From: Rubripirellula sp.
GTDB lineage: Bacteria; Planctomycetota; Planctomycetia; Pirellulales; Pirellulaceae
Assembly: GCA_965216875.1 (NCBI GenBank)
Contig: OZ244207.1
Coordinates: forward strand, 7,840,001 to 7,904,000
Length of the DNA: 64,000 bases
Direction: 5' to 3'
Positions 50,638 through 58,700 of the stretch are shown one piece after another. The translations under genes were made by a program, and so were the position numbers. Numbering within the stretch: the first letter of the stretch is position 1; every line of letters starts with the position of its first letter. Below the pieces are notes generated by a model, which had not been told where the DNA came from, made no database searches, and saw only the letters and a list, made by a program, of their open reading frames with translations.

Positions 50638-53484
50638 CTACTCTTTGGTTTCACCAAACAGGACGCCAGGGACGTAGATCGCGACTCCGATCAGGACCGA
50701 GAGCATCCAGGGTTGCAATGCCGAACCGACTCCCGGAACTCCAAAGTCTTGGCCGAACAAGATGATGACGGTGGCGACGACCGCGAACGGTGTCATCCGC
50801 CAGCCAGAGACGAACGCAGACATGACAAGCAGCAAACCGGCGATGCCGATCGACCATTTGCGCCCCGAGTTGCTGTCGAGTTCTGCTGCCGAATCTTGCA
50901 GTGCCGTCACTTCACCCTGATCGATTGAACCCGTTTGAGCGGCTGATTCGGCAATCGATTTGACTTGATCAAGCAACCCTGTCTGTTGGGCCCAGATGGC
51001 GAAGATCGCGAGCAAGATACAACCGGCAAGCAGTCGGGTTTGGCCGCCCAGAGCGAATCGGATGATCGAAAACCGTTTCGGTGCCGACTTGTACTTGCCA
51101 CTTCGCGCGTCGGCAAGCATCGCCTTCATTCGCTGCCGTTTTGCTTCGGCCGCAGCATCCACGTTTTCGCTCGGGGCCGTTTGCGGCTTGGCAACTTCCA
51201 TAATCGCTGCGGCCATTTGCCAGCCACGGTCGCGGGCTTCGTCTGCACTGAGTCCTTCGCTTTGCAAGCCGCGTTGTTCGATCTTTGCGAGCCGCTTGTG
51301 ATCGCGAGCCTGTTTGTTGGCGAGTGATTTTTCGGAAAGGCTTTCGCAAACCTTGTCACGCAATGTTCGGCGCCGCGCTGACGCGGAAAGTGCGGGGTCG
51401 CTTTTGAGTTGTTGCCGAATCGTCTGCAACGCTTCATAGCCAAACAGCGTTTCATACAACCCTTGCCACGACTTGCCACCATAACGTGCGGCAAACAGTC
51501 GAACGCCGTCTTCATCGGCTCCTTCGATACGAAGGTTTCGCAAGAACCGTTCTGCGTCGTCGATGACGGCGGCAGCCTTTTTCCGAGTTGGGGCGACGAG
51601 GCCAAAGTGGAAAGCGGCTCCTGCAGCACAGCCCAGCAGCGCGCCGACGATCACACCGACAGCGGCACCTGACGCGAAACTGACCAACACCGCAACAAGG
51701 CAACCAACCACGCCGACGGCATAGTCAAACCATGAAAGCGAGCCAAACCAACGTCGCAGTTCATTGACGATGGCACTGCGGCCACCGCCGGCACCAAGCG
51801 CAAGCGCAGTCACGATTGCTGAGACGAACATTGCCGGGCCAAACAACAGCCAGCCCAATCCGATAAAGGGCATCACCAGCGTCAGCAGAGCACAAACGGT
51901 GGCGAAACAGGCAAACACCGGGCTGACCAATTTGGCCAATCGTGTGGCGGTTTGAAAACGCCGAGCGATCTCTTCCCATTGATCGGCTTGATCGGTGGAC
52001 GGCGAAAACGTACCCTCGCCACTGATGCCGAGGTACGCTTCCATGTCGTGAATCATTTCGGCGACCGACAGGTATCGGTCTTCAGGCCGCTTGGCCATCG
52101 ATCGGTCAACGATGGCTTGCAACGCTTCGGGGATCCGAGCATTGATCGTGTTCATCTGCGGCGGTGGCTGGTGCGCATGCTGCTCGAGCACTTCAGAGAC
52201 GACGCTGCCGTCAAAAGGAGGCTGTCCGGTCAGCATGTAAAACAGGGTGCAGCCAAGCGAGTAAATGTCGGCGCGGTGATCCACACCCGCAGCGTCAATG
52301 CTCTGTTCCGGGGCCATGTAGGCAGGTGTGCCGACGGCGGTGCCCTGCATCGTGACTTGCGTGCCACTCTCGACTCCGCTGATCGAAGAGGCGCCGACGT
52401 CCGATTCGGGGTCAATTTGATCAGGGATTTTGATGAGGCCGAGATCTGCGACTTTCACGACCCCTTCGTCACTGAGCAACAGGTTTGCGGGCTTGATGTC
52501 GCGATGCACCATGCCACTGCGATGGGCGTACTGCAGCCCCCGGGCGGCTTGCAACGTGTAGCCGACTGCGATTCTTGGTTCGATCGCACCCTTCTCTTGT
52601 ACGACATCGCTCAAGGGGCCACCGCGCACCCATTCCATTGAAAAGAAGTGTTTCCCTTCGTCTTCACCAAAGTCGTAAATCTGAACGACGTTGTGATGAG
52701 TCAACTGGGCCGCTGCATAAGCTTCGCGTGTGAATCGTGCCAACGACGACGCGTTGCCGGCGAGTCGACCACGGATCGTTTTGAGTGCGACAAGGCGATC
52801 GAGCGAGACTTGTTTGGCTTCGTAGACCGCACCCATGGCTCCCCGTCCCAACAGGCGAAGAATGCGGTAGCCGCCCAGTCGATCGGGGACCTCTCCGTCG
52901 TCGGTCGATCCGGTTTGCTTTGACTTGGACGATCCACCCGCCGAGACGACGGGCGATTTCGATGCCTGTGATTTTCCAGGTTTGACAACGACGCTCTCGT
53001 AGTCGTTGGCGGTGGCATCGATTGTCGATTCGACATTGCCCATCGTTCGAGCCGCGTTGCCTGTGGCGGTTTCAATGGTCGCTTGGATATTGGTTTGATC
53101 GCTTGTGGCGTCGACCGGGCCATCCATTGTTTCTTCGACGGTCGCGCCAACATCATCGGCGGCCGTCATCGATGGAAGTCCCGCATCGTGACTCTCTTCG
53201 CCCGCCATCGTTGCATCAATGCTTCCGCCACCGCCAACGGTTGCTGCCACTTTCGACGCTGGGGCCTTTGCAGGTTTGGATTCTTGTTTGGCGGAAGCGG
53301 CTTCCTGTTTGACGTTCGATTTCGCCGAGGGCTTTAGTTTTCCGACGGCGACTTTGGGCGGATCGTCATCGGAGACCTTGAGGCGAAACTGTTTGTGGCA
53401 ATGTTTGCACTTGGGGCGGTAGCTTCCTGGTTTCGGCTGACCGAGCGACAGTACCGATTCACATTCGGGGCACTTGATTCGCAT
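50638..53484 (-). CDS. Ser/Thr kinase with N-terminal zinc ribbon and multiple TM helices
   Basis: CPEC...CKHC, Thr-rich linker, LGRGAMGAVY, VALK, FTREA, HRDIKPAN, ADLGL, GTPAYMAPE; about 8 hydrophobic segments in the C-terminal half. Confidence 0.93.
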   Translation of the reverse strand: MRIKCPECESVLSLGQPKPGSYRPKCKHCHKQFRLKVSDDDPPKVAVGKLKPSAKSNVKQEAASAKQESKPAKAPASKVAATVGGGGSIDATMAGEESHDAGLPSMTAADDVGATVEETMDGPVDATSDQTNIQATIETATGNAARTMGNVESTIDATANDYESVVVKPGKSQASKSPVVSAGGSSKSKQTGSTDDGEVPDRLGGYRILRLLGRGAMGAVYEAKQVSLDRLVALKTIRGRLAGNASSLARFTREAYAAAQLTHHNVVQIYDFGEDEGKHFFSMEWVRGGPLSDVVQEKGAIEPRIAVGYTLQAARGLQYAHRSGMVHRDIKPANLLLSDEGVVKVADLGLIKIPDQIDPESDVGASSISGVESGTQVTMQGTAVGTPAYMAPEQSIDAAGVDHRADIYSLGCTLFYMLTGQPPFDGSVVSEVLEQHAHQPPPQMNTINARIPEALQAIVDRSMAKRPEDRYLSVAEMIHDMEAYLGISGEGTFSPSTDQADQWEEIARRFQTATRLAKLVSPVFACFATVCALLTLVMPFIGLGWLLFGPAMFVSAIVTALALGAGGGRSAIVNELRRWFGSLSWFDYAVGVVGCLVAVLVSFASGAAVGVIVGALLGCAAGAAFHFGLVAPTRKKAAAVIDDAERFLRNLRIEGADEDGVRLFAARYGGKSWQGLYETLFGYEALQTIRQQLKSDPALSASARRRTLRDKVCESLSEKSLANKQARDHKRLAKIEQRGLQSEGLSADEARDRGWQMAAAIMEVAKPQTAPSENVDAAAEAKRQRMKAMLADARSGKYKSAPKRFSIIRFALGGQTRLLAGCILLAIFAIWAQQTGLLDQVKSIAESAAQTGSIDQGEVTALQDSAAELDSNSGRKWSIGIAGLLLVMSAFVSGWRMTPFAVVATVIILFGQDFGVPGVGSALQPWMLSVLIGVAIYVPGVLFGETKE

Positions 53485-53596
53485 CTAACTTTCTCAATGA
53501 TGACGCTTTGGATTCGCTTGAGGTCGACTACCGCACAACAGAAACCTCGAGAGAAATGATACTAGTCGGGAATACGGGATGCACGTTTGCGTGGGT

Positions 53597-54877
53597 TCAG
53601 CTCCCACCGAACCATTGCCTCACTTTTCCTTTCCAAGCACCCCGAGTGGTGGGGGGCGTGGCGCCGGAAGGCAATCGGTCGGTATCGGCAAGACGGATCA
53701 GATGTTCTCCAATTCTGCCGCCAGCTTGACCTGGGAATTGAGTTTCAATGGCTTGAAGTTCCGCAGCGATGCGACCAGCCCAGGGATCGTCCCACCCGAC
53801 GGCTGCGACTGCCACCAATTTGATCAACGCTTGAATGTCGGTTTGGATTGAGGTCGCCAACGCGTCCGGTTCTGGTAATTCGCTCACCTCTCGTATCCAG
53901 CGATTGGCTCCTTCCAGATTGCAGATCGCATCCAAGATTTGAGGTTTGCCGTCATGACTGATCAACACGTTTCCGGCATGCAGTCCACCGTGGGTTGCAC
54001 CGCTGTCGTGTGCGGACTGCAGCGCGAAAGCGACCGACGCGATCGTGCGCAGTTGAGTGGATCGAGGGATCGATTCATCGCCGCGATGCCACGGTTGTGC
54101 GAAGACCCAGGGACGGACGATTGCCAAGCGACGGTTTTGAATTGCGGCCACCGTGGGCGCAATCCAATGTCGATTGCGAACCTTGGATGCCGTCTCGCAC
54201 GCGTCGAGAAGCCTCTGTTGTTGTTCGCCGCTGATCTGCGCTGGTAACTCGATGACCTTGAGCGCGAGTTTGTCGCCGCGGTCAACTTCGCGACCGCGAA
54301 AGAGCCAACGCCCAGGACTGCATGCGATCGATTCCTCGGGTACGAACCATTCCGGAAGCTCGACCGGAAACGCAATCTCCATTTTGCCGTCGTGAATTTC
54401 GGGCATCGGAGCAACGGAAAACTCGGCGGAGCCTTCGGTTGAATCATCGCTCACACGGCGCGAGTCGCCGAGTCCTATGATGGCCGATGCCATTGCGACT
54501 GGCGGTACGATGTCAAGCTGAACCAGTTCACCGATCGCGTCCCCATATTTCGGAAAGCGTTTGACATAGTCGTCCACGCTGACCGGTTGCCCAAGTTCCT
54601 GGGCGACGCAGATTTCGGCATCGATCAAATCGAGCACGTGCGATTCGCTGCCAAGTTCCGAGAATTCGTCGACATAGTCTTCGACGGTCGTCTTGTCTCC
54701 GAGACGTCGGCGATGCATCAGGTCGATACATGCGACATCGACCAGTCGGTCATTGGGTACCTTGTGACCAGAGAGCAGGTCACTCAATTTGGCGGTTCGA
54801 TTGTGTTGGCGTTGGCTACGGACCCACTGAATCAAATCATCGATAGAAATTCGGCTTGGGTCCGCGATGTGATCCAT
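53597..54877 (-). CDS. Pseudokinase (degenerate Hanks-type kinase fold) with ECF-associated-kinase-like N-terminal repeats
   Basis: Duplicated N-terminal unit (G....VEDYVDEF / GQPVSVDDYVKRFP); LALKVI retained; HGGLHAGN replaces HRDLKPxN; ILDAI replaces DFG; no GxGxxG loop and no GTxxYMxPE. Starts 1 bp after the ECF stop. Confidence 0.72.
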   Translation of the reverse strand: MDHIADPSRISIDDLIQWVRSQRQHNRTAKLSDLLSGHKVPNDRLVDVACIDLMHRRRLGDKTTVEDYVDEFSELGSESHVLDLIDAEICVAQELGQPVSVDDYVKRFPKYGDAIGELVQLDIVPPVAMASAIIGLGDSRRVSDDSTEGSAEFSVAPMPEIHDGKMEIAFPVELPEWFVPEESIACSPGRWLFRGREVDRGDKLALKVIELPAQISGEQQQRLLDACETASKVRNRHWIAPTVAAIQNRRLAIVRPWVFAQPWHRGDESIPRSTQLRTIASVAFALQSAHDSGATHGGLHAGNVLISHDGKPQILDAICNLEGANRWIREVSELPEPDALATSIQTDIQALIKLVAVAAVGWDDPWAGRIAAELQAIETQFPGQAGGRIGEHLIRLADTDRLPSGATPPTTRGAWKGKVRQWFGGS

Positions 54878-54878
54878 C

Positions 54879-55499
54879 TCAGATGTCCTCTTCGCCCAAA
54901 CCAATGTCACGACGGACTCGGTCGAGTGCACGTTTGACTCGCATTCGCGCGGCATCGGGAGTCAAATCGAGCGCTTCGCCGATTTCTGCCCAATCGCGGT
55001 TTTCCAGCATTAGGTCGATTGCCTTGGCGTCTTTTTCGTTCAATTGCGAACGGATTTTTGTCAGCACTTCGCGGCGAAGCGCAATCTGGCTCGGCGTGTG
55101 TTGTTGCTGGGCGACCGTCATGTCTTCAACAGGCGTTGCTTCGTTGCGTCGAAAGTCACGACATTGTCGAGCAAGCGTGCGAAACGTATCGAGAACCTGG
55201 TTGTCGATCGCGCGCATGATGTACGCCAACACGTCATCGGGGCTGACGGTGTCATCGCCGTAGCGTTTGGCCAAGTCCGCCATCACATCGTTACAGATGT
55301 CCATCGACTCGGCTTGCCCCGTCAAACCGTATTGCCGCAAACGCGTTCTCGCTCGCCGTCGCAATTGGTCGCCGAAACGACGCCAAACGACCGCCAACGG
55401 CTGGCTCGATTCGGCCGACTCGCCGATGTTTGCCGAGCTGTCGTCGTTGCCCGAGGGCGACGCTGGTACGGGGGATTCCGGCTTCATGGGTTGACTCAC
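54879..55499 (-). CDS. ECF-type sigma factor (kinase-associated type)
   Basis: LRRRARTRL..ESMDICNDV, LAYIMRAIDNQVLDTFR, TPSQIA, and sigma4 WAEIGEALDLTPDAARMRVKRAL; AAGGA SD before GTG. Confidence 0.85.
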   Translation of the reverse strand: MSQPMKPESPVPASPSGNDDSSANIGESAESSQPLAVVWRRFGDQLRRRARTRLRQYGLTGQAESMDICNDVMADLAKRYGDDTVSPDDVLAYIMRAIDNQVLDTFRTLARQCRDFRRNEATPVEDMTVAQQQHTPSQIALRREVLTKIRSQLNEKDAKAIDLMLENRDWAEIGEALDLTPDAARMRVKRALDRVRRDIGLGEEDI

Positions 55500-55791
55500 T
55501 ACTGTCCTTGGCCGATGCGTCTATGCGGGTGGAAAAGAAAAGGGCGCCAAACGCACCACTCGCACAAACACAGTCCGCCAAACCGTTGGGCGAGATCTGG
55601 CGAAGAAACGAACAGCAAACCAGAAACAGCCAACGGGCTTCCCCCCAGTATGACTGATTCGTCGGAGATGTCCCGCTTTTTGAGGCACGATTCGCGACGC
55701 GGAGAGGCGGCATTCAAAAGCATGAGCCGCAACGCGATAACGTGCGGTTTTGGACAAAAGGCTGGATGACAAACCCTACCCAAGCCGCGAA

Positions 55792-58700
55792 TCACTCTGC
55801 GGCAGGTTCTTCAGCTTCGTCTTCCGATACCACGTCGTCTGCTTCTTCGCCCGCTTCTTCACCCTCGGTTTCTGATTTTGGCGACCCGGTCAATTGACGT
55901 TTCGCGTCGCCCATCAGTCCGAGCCCCTCGTGGATGCAGACACCTGCGACGACCACCGTCATCGCAACGGCAAGGTATCGCACGATGCCGGGCAAGAAGT
56001 AGTAGCATGCGACACCACACGCCAACGCAGCACACGCGAAACCGTATTGCATCACGCCCTTCATTTGAGTGTTTCGTGATTGAACACGAACGCTCTTGTT
56101 GATGGCGCTACGAGCGGATTCATTGGCCAGCTCTCGCATCGCCGACAGATTGCTGTGCTTTTCGGGGGCCTCGGATCGAGGCACCAAAGGTGCGTTGGGA
56201 TCTGCCGCCGGTTGAGGCTCAGCGACTTCTTCTTGCGGAGCTTCGAGGCTTTGCGAGAGGGGCTGGCTGAGTGGAGCGGAGGTCGACAGCGAGACGGTCT
56301 CTGGCTTGTCCTCGCCCTCTTCGCCAGGCTCGCCTTGAACGCGTTGCAGCAAACGGTTCATGTAGGCTTCGATCGAATCGTCATCCGCACCTTCGGGTAC
56401 TGACGGCAGGTCCCCAACCTCTGCTGGCAAACTGGCCTCCGCTGGCAAACTGGCCTCTTCCGGCAAACCGGCTTCTGCTGGCAAACCGGCTTCCGGCACA
56501 GGCGATTGCTCAAAGTCTTGGCTGTCGGACAGTTCCGAATTGTCAAACTGTTGCGTCGATTCGTAGTCCGAATCCTGTTCGAACTCCGTGCCCTCTTCTT
56601 GTTCGAACTGAGCAGTCGGTTCGTGGGCGTATTCGTCTTCGGTAAAGCTACCGCCTGAATCGAATCCGCCGTCTTGGTCGATCGATTCACTGCTGTACCC
56701 GTCCGACTCATTGGTCCATGAGCTCGAGTAGGCTTCTTCGGGGTGTTCTTGGTCCCAGCCCTGCGAGTCTTCGATGTCTTCGGCACCTTCGTCCATGACG
56801 TAGGTGTTCTCTGACGGTTGCTCTTGGTCGCGATCGGCGGCCAAGTCTTGGATCAACATGCTTGCGAGCGAACCATCGGCGACTTGGTCTTCCGATTCGG
56901 AACTCTCGTGCTGACCATCGACCGCTTGCTCGCCCTCATGCTCAGCAGTCCCGTATTCATCAGAGGCCTCCTGTTCTGGCGACGATCCCCACGCGCTGGC
57001 TTCATCTTGTGGAAGGTCTTCTGCCGCTGTCCAAGGTGACGTGACGCCATGTTCTTGTTCGTCCGCCGGCTCGCTCGCCCAAGAGTTTTCATCGCTTGAG
57101 GGTTCGATCGCCTCAGGTCCATCGTCCGAGCCCCAAGCCGATTCTTGAACGGGTGGTTGCTCAGCTTGCGACTCGGAGTCCCATGCCGATGAGGACGACC
57201 ATGGGTTCTCTGAATCCGAGTTTTCAGCAGCGGAGGGTTCGGGAGCATCGTCCCAATTCGCAGTGTGCTCGACCGAATTGGCGATCTCGTCGCTCGGCGT
57301 TTCGGAAGGTTCGCTCCACACCGACGACGATTCGCCCCAGGGGTTCTCGTCGCCACTCGCTTCGGGTTGCTCGCCGCCCCAAGCCGAATCGGAATCGGCC
57401 TCTGGAAGTGCTGCCTCGGGTTCGGGGCTGGCCGCCGTTTGAGGTTCGGTTTCAGGCGTGGCGGTGTCTTGGTACGCCTCGTCGATTGCCTCAGGTTGCG
57501 AAGCATCTTCGACTGGTTGCGAAGCATGTTGCTCGGCAGGTGCCTCGGCCATTTGGTAGGTCGGCCAGGCCTCGTCGTGTTCGTCCGTGACTTCGGACGC
57601 GGACGAATCCGCAAGCACGATGTCATCGCCGCCAGTTGGCTGTTGAGCGTCGTGACTGGTCGCGTCGTGACTGGTCCCGTCCTGGGCGGTGTCATCCTGG
57701 GTGGCGGCGTTGGACGCCGCGGCGGCTTCGACTTCATCAAGCCGGTTGCGAGCAGCATCGTATTCGCGTTTCATCTCTGCGAGCTGCTGATTCGCACAAT
57801 CGAGTTCTTCGCGGAGCGACAGCCAGGCTTCGTCGCTTGGGCGGTCGTCGATTTGCTTTTGGATCTCGTCACGTTCTTGGCTGATTTGTTCGCGAAGCGA
57901 TTGGATTTCGTCTCGTTCCGCGGCAATGTCGTCCCGTTCCGAGGTGAGCGATTCTTTGTGTTGCTCGAGCTCGTCACGTTCGGATTTCAAAGCGTCTCGC
58001 TGAGCGGCCAACTCATTTCGTTCGGCGACCAGCTCGTCACGTTCGCTGGCAAGATCATCGCGCTGAGCCGAGATCTCGTCTCGCGTCGTCACGGCCTGTT
58101 CACGCTGTGCGGTCGCTTCGTCACGCTCGGCGAGCACCAGGTCTTGTCGTGCGGAGAGTTCGTCGCGTTCTGCCGATAGCTCATCACGCTGGGACGAAAG
58201 TTCGTCGCGCTCGGCGGTCAGTTCATCTCGTTCCGAAGCAATCTCATCGCGCTGCGCAGTGATCTCGTCGCGCTGCGCAGTGACCTCGTCACGCTGTGCA
58301 GTGATCTCATCACGTTCCGTTGCGAGCTCGTCACGCTGTGTGGTGATCTCATCACGCTGTTTTGCGATTTCATCGCGTTCGCCGGCGATTTCGTCGCGTT
58401 GGCGAGTGACCTCTTCAAGTTCAGCACCAATTCGTTGAAGTTCCGCCAGCGTGTCTTCGTGCTGAGATTGAAGGTGATCGCGTTGTTGGTTGAGGTGATC
58501 GCGTTGTTCGGTCACTTCGTCGCGCTGAGAAACGAAATCATCGCGTTGGCCCGAAAGGTCGTCCAGTCGCGATTGCGCTTCATCACGCTGCTCGGTGACT
58601 TGGTTGAGTTCGTCGGCGATCCGATCACGTTGCTCGGCCAAGTCACCGTGTTGCGATTCCAGATCGCTTTGCTTCGAGACAAGTGATTCGACGTTGGCAG

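Noticed and set aside
53597..54877. Pseudogene call for the degenerate kinase
   Set aside because: The ORF is full length with no frameshift or stop and is tightly coupled to the ECF, so it is treated as a pseudokinase CDS.
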